64,000 nt of DNA from the human T2T-CHM13v2.0 reference genome, Homo sapiens (GCF_009914755.1 NC_060946.1), one strand, 5' to 3'; positions 1 through 22,990 are shown, counted from the first letter of the stretch. Made by a program: numbers and translations. The notes: a model not told the origin generated them from the letters alone.

Positions 1-75
1 TCCTAACCTTGTGATCCACCCACCTTGGCCTCCCAAAGTGCTGGGATTACAGGTGTGAGTCACCGTGTTCAGCCT

Positions 76-1330
76 CAGCCATTATTTCTTCAAATGATCT
101 CTCTGCCCCTTTCCCTCTCTTCTTTTGGGACTTCCACAATGTCTGCTTGCTATTCAACAATCGTCTTTATTTCTGTTCCTCTGACTTGATCATTTCAAGT
201 GTCCCATCTTCAAATTCACTGAATCTTTCTTCTGTTGCTCAAATCTGCTTTTGAATCCCTCTGGTGAACTTTTATTTCAATCACTACACTTTTAGTTCCA
301 GAATTTATTTATTTTTTTTCTTTTTAGGTTTTCTATCTCTTTATTGATATTCCCATTTTGTTTACACATAATTTTACTGACTTTCTCCACATCTTCCTTC
401 AGTTCTTTGACCATCTTTAAGAAAGTTGTTTTAAAGTATTTGTGTAGTAGGTTACCATCTGGTCTTTCTCTGGAACAGTTTCTGTTGTTGTTTTTCCTTT
501 GAAATACCATATTTTCTTGTTTTTTGTATGCCTTGTGTTTTGTATTGAAAACTGGACACTTGAATATAATAATGCAGTAACTCTGGAGATGAGACTCTCC
601 TCTTCCTCAGGGTTTGCTGTTTTGGGGTTTTGTTATGTTTTACATTGTTGTAGGTTGTCTCCATGCTGAGGATCAACCTGAGTTGTAAGCTTGAGGTCTT
701 CTCAGGTCTGAAGCTGCTCCTTTCCCTGGGCACACACTCCTCTCTCCAAGGATGTGTGGTAACTTTAATTTCCTCTGGGTATGCCATTGCTTTTGAGTGT
801 CCTAGTCTTTAATGTTTGGCTCCCAAAAAAGGAAAAGAGAACAATGAAGGGGAAGGGAAATGGGGTTCTGGCCTTTTCTATCTCCTAGAAGTTGCTTCAG
901 TCTGGTAAGGGCTTGCAGCAGTGGAGTGGGGAGTTGTGAGCAATAATGGCTGCCGGCCTCTGTGTTTGCCCTTCCATAATCAAAAGTAGCAATCAACAAC
1001 CAGAACGCAGATGCTAACACTTGGAGGACAGAGTGCTTATCGCCCATGATTGTTCCCACAAGCTTGGTACAAGCTGCTTCAGGAACACATGCAAAGCTTC
1101 TTGCCGTGAAGCTGGGGCATGGGGATTGGGTAGCCACTGCTGAGCTAAGAGCTGAAATTGACCAAAATTAAGTAAAAATTATAGTTTAAGCCTTCATTTG
1201 GAGGTTACAAGCCTCCTTTGATAGAGTCTAGAGTTCCAAAATAGTTATATCAGGCAGATTCTGCCAGTGTGATTATTTTCTAGGTGGGGAGATGAATTCC
1301 CAGTGCTTCCTACTCCACTTTCTTCCCAGA
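76..1330 (-). mobile_element. Old L1 (L1M-type) fragment: ORF1 N-terminal/coiled-coil region and upstream sequence
   Basis: The minus ORF 292-510 (FKTTFLKMVKELKEDVEKVSKIMCKQNGNINKEIENLK) resembles the L1 ORF1p coiled coil, and the + strand is T-rich. Boundaries are approximate. Confidence 0.75.
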
Positions 1331-1729
1331 ACCCTCTCTTGTAATAGTTTTTTACTTAAAATCTATTTTGTCTATACTTTTTTTTCCATATATTTACTTT
1401 TTATTGAATTTGTTAACGTTACAGAGTTCTTGCACTGCCAAACCATGCCTGAGAATTCAAACAAATGGTACAATGGACAGCCTCATCCACCCATCATACA
1501 GTATACTAAAACTTGATTCATCTATATTTTGATATTTTCACAATCTTTTAAAAAGTTATAATAAGAGCTGGAATTTAAATCTGCTGCAGGTCTTCAGATT
1601 TTGAGTACAGTATGCCTTTACATAACACCTCCACTTACTCATCTCTGTTCATTCTTCAGTAACATAAACCCCAACAACTTGTACAGCCATAACTTGTACA
1701 GCCATTCCTGATCTGTTTTGGTTACTTTT

Positions 1730-2990
<1,261 letters not shown>

Positions 2991-3059
2991 TACTACCACT
3001 AAATTCTACACTTAAAAATGGTATAATCTGTTATGTATATTTTGCCACAATAAAAACAT

Positions 3060-5310
<2,251 letters not shown>

Positions 5311-6696
5311 GGGCTAGGCACGGTGGCTGACACCTATAATCCCCACACTTTGAGCCTGCCAAAGTGCCTTTTTTTGTGCCTTTCACATAAAGACTATGAC
5401 ACAGCTAAGCTATTCATGTACTAATAAATACCTGCCCTGAGCTGTGTGACCACGGACACCACCCTATAATGTGGCCAGTGTGTAGGAACTCTGCAGGCTC
5501 AGATCATTCCAGACATACATGCAGATGTTGGAACTCCCTTGCACAGTGACTCATGATCCCAAGGCTGAGTGCTGAGGGCAGGTCAGTAGTTCAGAGCCTC
5601 AGCATTGGGGCCGTATGCTTGGGTTCCCATCTTGGCTCCCACACTTTGGGAGCCCGAGGTGGGTAGATCGCTTGAGCTCAGGCATTCGAGACCAGCCTGG
5701 GCAACATGGTGAAACCCTGTTTCTACTAAAAATACAAAAATTTGCCAGGCGTGGTGGTGTGTGTCTGCATTCCCAGCTACTCAGGAGGCTGAGGTGGGAG
5801 GATGGCTTGAGCTGAGGAAGCAGAGGCTGCAGTGAACTGCCCTGCTGAGAGTGGAGCTCCTGCTCAGCTCCTAGGAAGGCAAGAGCCAGCAAGGCCACTG
5901 CCCAGGCCCCCGAGGGTTCTAGGGGGTCCCATCCCTGGGAAGGTGGAATCTGGGAGGTGAGGGGGACCTAGGACCCCATTGTGTGCACAGCTTGGGCTAA
6001 GGCATGAGATAAGACCAGGGTGACAGTACAGGAGTATCCAAGAACTGACTTCACCTAACTTCTGCATTTGACTTCCCATCCCCAATGTGGGTAGGGCCCT
6101 GCCCTCTGGTGATTGGAAAGAGGCGCAGGGTGCAAAGAAGTCCCCTCCTCTGACCTCCTGCAGGGCTCCGTCTTGGCCTGGATCCGCAGGGGGGCCTGGG
6201 CAGGAGGGAGGCTGTGGTCTTGGGATGGGGTGGCAGTTCCAGGCCCACAGCGGGGCAAGAGACATCCTACACCTTCCTCCCATCCTTGCCCCGAAAGTCA
6301 TGGGCGCTGGGGTTCAAGGTGCCCTCACTATTTGACCTTTCTTGCTGGTGGCTTTGGTGTGTCATTCTGGTCCCCAGCCTCTGTTTCCTGGACTGTAAGT
6401 GGGGATAATAATAGGTCACCCCTCCCCTGCAGGATTAACCTCAGCGATTGTTGCTGGCATCAGTGCAGCCCTGGGACCAGAGCACACCTGGGTGAGTTTG
6501 GAGCGCTCGCGCTCTTCCTGGTGGCCCTGCCTGGGCACTGACCCCTCCCATCCTCTCCTCAATAGCCACGCCCCTAGCCCAGCTAGCTAATGAATAAATA
6601 TGTAGTAGCCAGGCCAGCATCCTGGCTCCGCGGTCTAGCCACTTTCTAGTCCTTCCTAGCTGCGGCTGCCACTGAGCCACGCACGCCCCTGGCATC

Positions 6697-10028
<3,332 letters not shown>

Positions 10029-10341
10029 TGAAATAATGCACAGAGTGACCTTAGCCTAATGTGGCCTGGAGGGGGTGGGTGCGTGACCCGGCGCGGTCCC
10101 CCACTGCAAGAGGGGCATTTCCTGCCCTAATCCCACTGAGGCCTCAGTGTGCCTGTCTGTTCCGTGGGAGCCCTCTGAGTGACCCTCTCCTACCTCAGCA
10201 GAACCCGGGCCTCTCCAGGTTCCTCTCAGAGGGAGAAGGGCCCCCACCCTCATCCTATACATTGTGTCTGAATCCCCTGGTCAGATGGAAGGAGAACATC
10301 TAGCAGTCAGAAATTCCACCATTAGGCCAAGATTACATTAT

Positions 10342-10347
10342 TTTATT
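10342..10347 (-). promoter_or_regulatory. Candidate poly(A) signal (AATAAA) for the FAM246 transcript
   Basis: TTTATT on + in an isolated AT-rich patch ~1 kb downstream of the FAM246 stop. Confidence 0.4.
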
Positions 10348-11079
10348 TTAAAACTAAGCTGGGTGGCCAACCCAGGGACACCGTGCTCTGCTAAATGATG
10401 ACTCCAGCTACATTTCCCGAGGCCAAGAGATGAGAAGCTGCTGGCTCCAGGCTCCGCTGCAGGCTGCCCTGGCTGAGCGGGTGCTGGGCACCGCGGAGGG
10501 CTGCCTGGTGCTCTGAAGCCATGCCCCAGTGCCTCCCTGGGAGTTCTGCTGTGGAGTCTGTGTGGAGGGTGACTCTGGAGAGATGTTTGTGTCCCGGTGG
10601 CTGCCTGTGGTCTGGCTAAGTAAAGGGGTGAGTATTCTTGGTGTCACTGTCCAAAGCAAAGTTGTGTCCACGGGACACAGACTAGGTGAGGCTCTGTGTC
10701 CAGGTGATGCTGTCCAGTGAGAGGGGGTTGCAGTCAGAGTGAGGCTGACCGGAGGCCGCTGTCCAATTGGTGCCGTGTGGAATGTGATTACATACTGGTT
10801 GACACCATCCTGAGGGCCATCACCAGCTGCGTGTCTCAGCCGCCCTGTGTCCCTGGGTTCTGTGCCCTTGTGTGTGGTTTGACACTATTCCAGTGCGTGG
10901 AGACCCTGCCTCGTCACTGAGACCTTGAAAGAAAAAGAACATGCAGTCACCCCAAGGAAGAGGAGTCTCGGCTGTTCCCCTGGAGGCTGACCCAGCCCTG
11001 GCCCAAAGGCTGACCCAGACCCAAGGCCCAAAGGCCCAGCTCTAAGGTCCAAAGGGGCTCCACCCTGTTCTCTAGCCGG

Positions 11080-12260
<1,181 letters not shown>

Positions 12261-12654
12261 GCAGGTCCTCACAAAGGGCATGGCCCAGTTTCTGGGCATA
12301 GGTGACATGGAGCATCGCCAGCCAAAGACCAGGCACCACCCGCTAGACACGAGTCAGGAACTGAGCTCACATTTTACACTAGAAGCTACTGTCTCCATCA
12401 TAGTCAAGGGAAGGCCAGGAGTGGTCATGGACCCCACAGCCCTTTTCAATGGCTCAGGGCGACGTCCTTCCATGTAGTCCAGGCCATTATCTCCTCACCC
12501 TGTCCCCTAGTCCACACAGCTGGAGGAATCCATCCAGGTGGCATCTCCAGCCCCAAGCTGCTGGTCCTTCCATGCGAGCTCTTCAGGGTCTCCCTTACTC
12601 TCCAAGGTGGCCCGCCTAGGGCCTCTGGAAATCCCTGGCCATCTCAAGCTGGGT

Positions 12655-13004
<350 letters not shown>

Positions 13005-16000
13005 TAACCTCCTCTAATCCAACAGTCTTCTTCATCCTTCTGGGTCTTTGCACAGTTCCTCTCCCCCCAACCCCTGCCATTTTCCTGGTGGCTCTCACTT
13101 TTCCCACTTAGATAGGGAAATGTTCCATGACCACCCCATCCCACACTGGGGACCTCGAGCCCCTCCTCCACAGCACCCTTCACAGTTGTATTTAAATGAC
13201 TCTGTTTTCCATCCACCCACTGTGGGGTCTCTGAGCCCAGGGCTGGGTCATTTCTCCTGGGCCGAGTGTGGCACTAAGCATACTGAGTGCTAGCCTGCAC
13301 AGAGGCCAGGCCCGGGTGGGCCCCAGGACACAGCTGTCAGTGGCTGTCTTGCCATGGAGTGAGTGGATGAATCAGCAGGGCTGGGATCCTCTCCCATTTT
13401 ACAGTAGGAGGCTGGGGAGAGGAGCTGGCCAGCCCGTCCACCTCTGCAGCCTGGCATCTGAGGCCCTCATGGCATCCCTGCTGGTCTGCCTTCCCCTGCA
13501 GCCCTTCCACCCTCTGTGGAGCCCTCACTACTGCACCCTACTCCTTCTCACCCCAGTGCCTCTGCATAAGCAGTGCTGCCTGTGGCCGCCACAGGGCCCT
13601 AGGTATGGGCAGAGTAGTATCCCCCACACAGCATGCTGTTCTCCCTGTACCCCCAGGGGCTAGTTAGCACTCTGGGTGCCCTGGACCCTGGGGCCTCCCT
13701 CAGCAAATTGTGGAGGGTGGCCTGGCATGAATCCAGGCAGGTCTGGGAAGGGACATGGCAAGACAGCCCCTGGAAGCTGTGTCCCCGGGTCCACTGGGGT
13801 CTGGCCCCTGCAGATCAGTGCATGTGTGCATGTGTTGGGGGGGGGGATTGAGGGGACCGCTAATACTGTCCTCAAGCAGCTGCTGAGGAGAAGACTGGGT
13901 CCCTCTAGTCATGTTCATCCACTCAATCACTCCCTGCAGCTCGTCTCTCTGGAAGGTGCAGGAGGAGGTGAGAATTGGGCACTCTGTCAACCCCTCAGAC
14001 TCCCCCATTCCTGCTGACTCACCCGTCCTCTGGGACCTCCAGCAGCTGGCTCTGCTGATCCCTAGAGCCTCATTAGCCATTCTCTCCCTCCCCCCAGTCA
14101 TTAAAACACTGCCAACAAGAGCGCCCTGGGTTCTTTTCCCCAGCCCTACTGGAGACGGGCTGTGTGACCCAGGGGCTCTGCCCTCTCTGAGCCAAGTCTT
14201 CACCTGTGAAATGAAGAGATCTCTGAGGTCCCCAGGAGGAGTGACAGGGAGGCCTGGATGGTGGAGAAGGTGTAGGAGAGAGTCCAGATTTGCAGAAAGA
14301 GCTGTTAGTTTTGTGATCTCTGCCTGGAGGTCTATGGACAGGCTGGAAGAGAACCTGAGCCATTGCAATGAGTCCAGATTAGGGCTTGTTCCTGCAGAGG
14401 CTACAGATGTGGGGGCTGGTACTTATGGCAGAGGGTCCCAAAGTCATGGGCATAGAGAAGACAGGTTGGCAGGAGCAAGGGCAGAATGGGAGCGGAGTCC
14501 TGGGGGTCCTGTTGGGCCCTGAGGAGGACTGCAGAGGTGTCGGTGAGGGGTGGACAGGCAGGCGTGTCAGCACAACCCTGAGCCCCTGAGCTCAAGTGCA
14601 GGGATGGCCGTGAAGCAGGTGATGGGGACCCTGGCTTGAGCTTCATCGGTAGCGGGGCTGGGGTGGACACCGGGGACTGGCGGAGAGGAGATGGGGTGGG
14701 GGCTGGTCAAAGCAGTGTGTCCCTCACGGAGCGTGGCAGAGCGGGGCGCGCACACAGGTCTGCTCTCCAGTTCCTCCGGGAAGTTCCTCAAATTCAGCCA
14801 GCCCCAGCTGCCCCTGGCACAGAGGAGCTGACTGAGGCTCCAGTGCAGGGCCTGCTCCTTCCCCTCCTGTTCCCCTCAGTGTGCCCTGGGCCGGGGGCCA
14901 GGCATGGTGGGGGTGGGGAGGCTGGCTGTGCCTGTGGGAAGCCACCGGCTCCCGGGGCTGTCCCTGGGCCCAGGCTGTAGCTCTGTGCATGCAGACGTGC
15001 AGGCTGGGTGGGCAACTGGCCACCTTGCCCGTCAGTAATGCATTCACAGTGGGGGGTCAGAGGAAACCCCAGGGCTCCTCTGCTTAGCTTGGCCAGGGGT
15101 CCCGATGGGGCAGTCTCTCCGTGTGACTTAATTGTCATCCCTTTTGTGCTCTATGGCTATTAAATAAAACTTGGCAGCCACCTTGGCTGGAGGTTTTATG
15201 TCCCAGAGCCCAAGGGCGGTTGGGAGCCAGGGGAGCGCTCAGACGGCAGGGCCAGGCGAGCTCTGTGTGTGGGAGGGGCTGTGGGGGCCTCTGAGAGCTG
15301 CTGCAGGGACCCGGCAGGGCGGGGGTGGAGGCGGAGAGTGTGACTGTAGCTTCACAGTCATCAGAGTGGACGTGGAGATGCAGGCAGAGTCCTCGAAGCT
15401 GGCTCAGGGGTCTGTGTGGGGAGGGGGCACACCCAGCAGGGGCCTGAGGGTAAGCAAGGGAGGCAGCAGGGTCTTGGAGCTGCCTCCCAAAGGTGGTGGG
15501 GAGCCCCAGGAAGAGCAAGGAACAGGAGCAGCCGGCAGGTGCGGCTGATCCACCCTGAGGTCCCGGACACACTGGTGGGGACAGGAAGGCTCATCTTGGA
15601 GCTGCTCCTGGAGGGGCCATGTGGGTCACGGCCCCTGGCCCTCTGCTTAGACCACAGAGCACAGGACACTTGTCCAGCCTTTGCTGCGACTGTGCTGCTT
15701 GCTCTGGGAGCAGCTGCTGCTGGGCCTTTGGAGGAGGAGGAAGGGTGGCCTGGCTGGGACCCAGCCCCTGTGCCCAGCCTCTTAGAAGGGGAGGTGATGG
15801 TCCTTTTAGGCCCCAGGAGTGCAGGCTGCATAGTGGGGCCTCTGTACACATAAGCTGGCAGGTCTGGCTTGGGCTTTGCTCAGGACACTGGGTACTGGGT
15901 TCTGGGTTCAGAGGCCTCATGAAAACACCTAGCCTCAGTTTCCTCATCTGTCAGGACCAGCGGCTGGCTGGGAGGGTGTGTGTTAGCATGGCAGCGGCCA

Positions 16001-16588
16001 GCTTAGTCTACTCTAGGAGACCTTGCCTCCCCGACCCCTGAGCTGACCTCTTCTTTGAGAGCTTAGAGAGGAGAATGACTTGTTCCAGGTCTTACTGCAG
16101 GGTCTGGGGCTTCCTGTGGGGACTCAGGTGCACCTTGTCCCTGAATACCCCTGCCTTGCCCACTAGGCCCTGGAACTGTGCCCCGGCCTCCCGTGGCACT
16201 GGCTAGCCAGATCTCTGGGAACCGTCCCAGGGCAGGTGGCTCTGCAGGAGGCCAAATGATTACCCAGCAATGGCCTTGCCTGATGTGGGTAACGAGCTCA
16301 TTACCTGGTGATGACCTTGTTTGTCTGCTCCTGGCATCAACAGCCTCAGCTCTCCCTGCAAGGAATGTCTAGCCTGGGGTGGGTCTGACCAGTCTGTGCC
16401 ACAGGCACCAGCATCCCAGTCTGCACTGCATGGGGTGTCGGGCCTGACAGCATCTACCTATATGTGCCCTGAGGGCCCAGACTCAGCCCCCAGTGGGAAG
16501 ACTCCAGGCTCCTGACGGACCCCTCCCAGTTGTACAACCTGAGCAGGTAAGCCCTGACCCACTCTGGGCCTCACTCTCACCAAGCTGG

Positions 16589-17373
<785 letters not shown>

Positions 17374-20300
17374 GTGGGGACTAAAGAGGGTCCGCAAGCA
17401 GGGCTGCTGCTGGGCACCATGGAGGGCCACCTGGCGGGACATGCCCCAACCTACAGGGGTCCTTGAGGGCTCCCCTTCCCCTGCCAGCTGGGCTGGGGTC
17501 TCTGTGTCAGGAGTGTCCTCACCACCACCTGGGGATGGACCTCCACTGTCATCCTAGGGAAGGGGCCAGGGAGGGGAGTCTACATGCTGAGCGGGCCTGT
17601 CCGAGGCCTCTGCTATCCCAATGCAGCCCCCAGTATTTAGACCTGCCCCCAGTGACCTGCTCCCTCTTGCCCATCATTCCAGGAACTTCCTGTTCCACGC
17701 CTGCGCACATCCTGTCCCTAGGCCGGCTCCCCCTGCTCAGCCTCAGGACGCAGCCACCCACCCTCCCAGGAGCGCCTTCCCTGCCCCTGTGGCTTCCTGC
17801 TGGCACTCTCTGCACTGGGTTCTTCCTCCTGGTGTGTGGGGCCCTAGTCTCTGTCTCCTGTCGGGTTTGACTTCTACCAGAGCAGGGACCTCCCTGAGTC
17901 CTCATGGCCCAGAAAAGTGCCCAGCATGCAGTAGGCGCATCATAAATACCTGTCTACTATCATGTGGTGAACTGAGTGAAGACATCTCATTAAAGATGAC
18001 ATTAAAGAATAGGGCATAGGGCTTGGCATTCAGTAGGCACACAGTACATGATGGCTTTGTTATTTCCAGTCTGGGGTTGTGTTCATGCCTCAGTTTCCCA
18101 CCTGGCCTGATAGGAGGGGCTCAGCTGCTGGGCTGGCTGTGTCTCTGTGCCCCTTGCCTGGAAATGCCTGACGAGGGGCAGGGTCCTCATCCCAGCCACA
18201 TCCCAGGGGTTCCCAGCCCTCTGAACTTGAGGAGCTGTGGGAGGCGAAGGCTGCAGCCACCCTGTAGCACTGCAAACACAGGCTGGGGCGGGAAGGGGGG
18301 TACAGAGGGTGTGCACAAGGGGCAGGGGGAGGGAGAGGGTGGGCACAAGGGGCAGGGGGCAGGGACATGTCCCCACGCCCAGCTAATTTTTGTATTTTTA
18401 GTAGAGACGGAGTTTCACCATGTTAGCCAGGCTGGTCTTGAACTCCTGACCTCAAGTGATCCGCCCACCTAGGCCTCCCAAAGTGCTGGGATTACAGGCC
18501 TGAGCCACCGTGCCTGACCAAAAATGATTAAGTATTTTAAGGCAGCCACCACAGAGCATTAAACAAGCCCCTAGAGCTGGCCCCGCCCCCGAAGGCTCCA
18601 GGCCCATCTGTCTTGGGGATGCACAGGTTCCAGGGACCCAAACCCACCCTTCACAACTCTCTTCCCCTCCCAGCACCACAGGGGCCCTCCTGGCCCCTGG
18701 GACCTCCCATGGAGCAGGCTCTCTGTCCAGGATGGAGATGGGGACCCTCCTCACTGCCCTGTGCCCCTCATGGGCTGGACACACCCACCACCCAAGAAGA
18801 AAGGCCTAAAGGGCTGGGCACTGCCCTTTTGGAACCAGAGGCTTGGCGGCCCCATATGGGTCTGGCTGAACCCACCTTTGGGGGGCTGAGATGAGCCAGC
18901 CTCAGTTACTCAGCTGACGGCAGGGCCTGTGGTATGGAGCTTCCCAGACTGCACACCTAGCCCCTACTGGACTTCCATCGTCTCCAGACACGCGCAGCAA
19001 GGGTTCTCAGGCCAGAAACAGGAAGCAGCAGCTCTCCCTCCTCCAGTTCCTGGGAACTGTCTCAGACGAACCACCCGGAGCCTCACCTACAGGAGGATGG
19101 ACACCTGCACCCAGTGCTGTAGGGAGCAACCTCAGCCCTGGGCCTGGGATGAATGCCCTCGCCAGCCTGGGGCCAGGAGACAGGCTCTCCGTGGCTCAGC
19201 GCCTGAGCATCCACTTACAGGACACTCACCTGCAGAGGTGCCCTGAGCACCGTTGTGGGTTAAGGGACTTTCTCCCCTCTGGAAACAGTCCTGAGAAGCT
19301 GAAGGTCTTGGGGGCCTCTCACCAAATGTCTTTGGGAGGTGGGAAGACATCAAATGCGGGTGTGGCTTCCCTGGAACAGCTCTGTGTGGGGACTCAGGAG
19401 CCAAGTCCCCCAGCACACGCCTCTAACACTTTCAGTAGGGGCCCACCTCTCTGGAGCCATGGGTGGCTGCCAACACCCTGTGGTTCCCAGCAGGCACCAC
19501 CCAGGCAAGAGAGAGAACAGGCCGGGGAACAATGGGCTGGCCTGGCCGCAAGCGCTGGGGCAGATCACAGACCAGATGGCCTAAGCTCATGCCCTGGGGC
19601 CAGCTCTGACTCCCTGCAAGTGTGGCAAGGGTCCCTTTTGGACACCTTGAGAAGCTGCAGCTGGGAGAGGACCACCCGCCTGTCTGGACGTCCAGCCCAG
19701 GTGGCAGGGCCCAAGTGACCAGTCCCAGGCCACAGCCCTTACCACCCGCCCTGGCTGCAGGGGCTCCCAGAAGCCACCAAGGGCCTGGCTCGGCCTTGCC
19801 TGTCCGCATCTGAGCTTCAGTTTCCTCATCTGCTCAAGAAGGGAGGTGAACACTGATTAAATTATGCAAACTCTGAGCGGCAGGATTAGGTGTGGCTGGG
19901 ACAGCCAAGGCTTCCCTGGGTGGTGGCATCTCTGGAGCCCGGGGATGGGACCTGTCTCCCTTCCGGGCCCCCAGCTGGGCACGCACCTGCCCCAGTCCCT
20001 CCCTGCAACTCTTCCTCCATGCCAGTCCCTGGAAATGTGGCCCTGCCGTGGGTCTCATGGCCCATAGGAGATGCTTTGGGCCCAGCACCCACAGCCCCTC
20101 GCAGTGTGCACCCCCACTTCCCTTTCCCCACTGCTGGGACACCTGCTTGAAATGTCCCTCCTCCCCCCAGAAAGGAGGGGAGCAGCCCTGGCCTTCTGCC
20201 CTGAGGGCGGAGCTCTCTTTGGGGTCTCAATTGCAGCCCCTGGGAGAGTGAGAAGGGTCAAGTTCAGACCCTGCACCATTCCCTACCAGGCCTCGAATGG

Positions 20301-20795
20301 GACTCTTGGCAGCTGTATCCCCCACCCCAGTCCAGGCAAGCAAAAGGGGTTCTTCTGCAGTCTTCAGGGCCCCCAGAAGGCGCACTGTTCACAGACACCC
20401 TGGGGAGCCAAGAGAGGTCGAGGGCTCCAGCTACCGTGGCCCTCTGAGGACCCCCGCCTGTGGGATAGAGGACTTGGTGGCTGAAGGGCAGTCATGCCCA
20501 GGGGGCTTCTCCTGACCCTGCAGGGCTGAGCGGGTGCAGCCTTTTGCCTCTTCTCGCTGCATTCTAGCCCATCAGTCAGGGCAACAGCCAGATGGTCTAT
20601 GCTAAGATTCATCCCATCCCCACGGGCCCTGTGACTTTCTACCATGTCAACGTGGTGGCCTGTGCAGTTCCCAGCCAGCATTTTCCTGGGGATGCTGCTG
20701 TCTAATGGGCTGTGGGAGAAACAGAGACAGGCCCTGCACATGGGGCAGCCAGTCCAGCACCCGCCAGGCCAGGCCCTCAGCATCCTCTCCTCCAG

Positions 20796-22680
20796 ATGCC
20801 CAAGAGAGCTGCTCCATGCACTGTGGCGCCCTGGACGGGCCATGTTCCTGCCACCCGACGTGCTCTGGCCTTGGCACCTGCTGCTTGGATTTCCGGGACT
20901 TCTGCCTGGAGATATTGCCCTACTCAGTCTCCATGATGGGCGGCAAGGACTTTGTGGTGCGGCACTTCAAGATGTCCAGCCCCACAGACACCAGTGTGAT
21001 CTGCAGGTTGGGAGGCCCAGGAGGCCGGGCACTGGGGCCCCACGCCCCCATCCCTGTGCATGCTGAGGGCTCAGACCCACTGGCAGGCTGAATGGAGCTC
21101 CTCAGACCCAGGACAGGCAGGAGGGCACAGGACAGCTGGTTGGATGGGTTCCCCAGGGAGGTTGGGGGCCCAGACTGTCGAGATGCTCAGCCTGCAGTGG
21201 CCCAGCACCTCCTACCACCACCAGGCCCACAGGTTTGCATGCCACAGGAGAGCATCCAGACCCTCGGCCATGTGGACTCCTCCGGGCAAGTGCACTTCGT
21301 GTCGCCCCTGCTCTATGAGAGCGGCCACGTCCCCTTCACCATCTCACTGGACGATGGCCACTTCTTCCCTCGTGCGGGCACTTGGCTGGCTGGTGAGCCC
21401 TCCTCCCTGCCCACAGCCTGCCCCCACGGGGACTTTCCCCAGCGCTAATCTATGCACACCAAGACTTGGCCCGTCCGTGTCCTGCCTCTCTGGCTGAACC
21501 AATCCCTTGGGAGGCCTGCCCGCCTGCGAGAGTTCCTTCAGCTCCTTTCCACTCCCTGGCATCCAGACCACGGTCCCAGCCCAGAGTGAGTGGGAGCTGC
21601 AGGGGTCCCTAGAGAGGTGGGCCAGTGCCTATCCACTGAGCTCCGCCACGCCAGGGCAGGGGAGAAGCCAGGTGGAGGCTAGAGGCGTGGGCAGTGGAGG
21701 GAGGGCAGGCCCCTGCCTCTCCGGCCTCAGCGTCCTTTTCTGCCATGAGGGCCGGAGAGACCATCACCCAGCTGCTGCCATGCATTGGCCCTGGAGGCTC
21801 CCACAGCCCTTGAAGCCTCAGGGCCTCCTCCCTGCTTCCCTGGGCCCAGCCCTCACTCACCCCTCACCTCCCCTGCCCAGTGCACCCCAACAAAGTGTTG
21901 ATGAAGGAGAAGAGTGAGTTGATGAACGAGATGCATTGGCAATACTACGGCACCGCCAACACCTCAGGCAACCTCAGCCTGACCTGGCACGTTGAGGCGC
22001 TGCCCACACAGACACCATCAAGCTGTGGGGCTATGAGGAGACAGGTGAGGCCAGCTGAGGGCTAGGGTGGCATCCAGAGCTTTGGGCCCCCAGAGGTGGG
22101 AGAAAGGGAGTCCCAGCTGTGTGGGAGGAGGAGGGGAGTTTCCAGGTGGGGTTGAGGAGGGAAGGGAATTCCAGGCGGAGATTGAGGATTCGGATGGAGG
22201 GAAGTGCAGGCCAGGGGGGTCAGGCAGGTGGGAGGGGGCAGCTGCATGGGGCCTGGGTCCCGGGGAGGAGGCTCATGAGGAACCCCTCACGGCTGGCATG
22301 GCCCTGGGCCCGGCTTCCAGCAGGGACAGGGATCCTGGAGTGTGGCAGGAGGTGGTGGTCACCCAAGCCAGGGTCCCTGCTAGAACAGCCCCTCCTAAGG
22401 GGACCGCCTGGCAGTCCATCCACACATGTGTCAGGCTGCTCTAGGTATCAAGGCCTGGGGCCAGGCCTCGAAGGAGCCCCAGGGCTAACCAGGCCTTCTC
22501 TCCCTCAGGAATGCCCTACTCACAGGAGTGGACTGCAAAGTGGTCGCACCTGTACCCCCCAGCCACACACATCCCCAACTCTGGCTCTTTCACCTTCACC
22601 CAAAAACCTGCTCCTCCCAGCTACCAGAGATGGCGAGTGGGTGCACTTTGGATCATCGACAGCAAAAATTACGCAGGGCA
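20796..22680 (+). pseudogene. SUSD2P1: Partial unprocessed SUSD2 duplicate, exons 2-5 (20796-21006, 21233-21392, 21881-22044, 22509-22680)
   Basis: Translations [43 protein letters not shown] (somatomedin-B), [45 protein letters not shown] and [22 protein letters not shown] match SUSD2. There are frameshifts at the start of exon 3 and the end of exon 4, no signal-peptide exon was found, and the exon 5 donor is replaced by an Alu. P1 versus P2 is uncertain. Confidence 0.92.
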
Positions 22681-22990
22681 AGCTGGTTACGGTGGCTCAC
22701 GCCTGTAATCCCAGCACTTTGGGAGGCCAAGGCGGGCGGATCACGATGATGTCAGGAGATCAAGACCATCCTGGCCAATGTGGTGAAACCCCGTCTCTAC
22801 TAAAAATACAAAAAATTAGCCGGGCGTGGTGGCGGGCGCCTGTAGTCTCAGCTGCTCAGGAGGCTGAGGCAGGAGAATGGCGTGAACCCAGGAGGCAGAG
22901 GTTGCAGTGAGCCAAGATCATGCCACCGCACTCCAGCCTGGGCGACAGAGCGAGTTTCAATCTCAAAAAAAAGATAAAGAAAAAAAGAAA
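22681..22990 (+). mobile_element. Alu at the SUSD2 / PI4KA junction
   Basis: The Alu 5' end abuts the last codon of SUSD2 exon 5, and there is no clear TSD. Confidence 0.9.

Noticed and set aside
19000-20790. Search for SUSD2 exon 1 (signal peptide)
   Set aside because: No MKPALLPW-like coding segment was found, so the duplicate appears to start within intron 1.
22119-22910. 263-aa ORF in SUSD2P
   Set aside because: It reads intron, out-of-frame exon 5 and Alu sequence.
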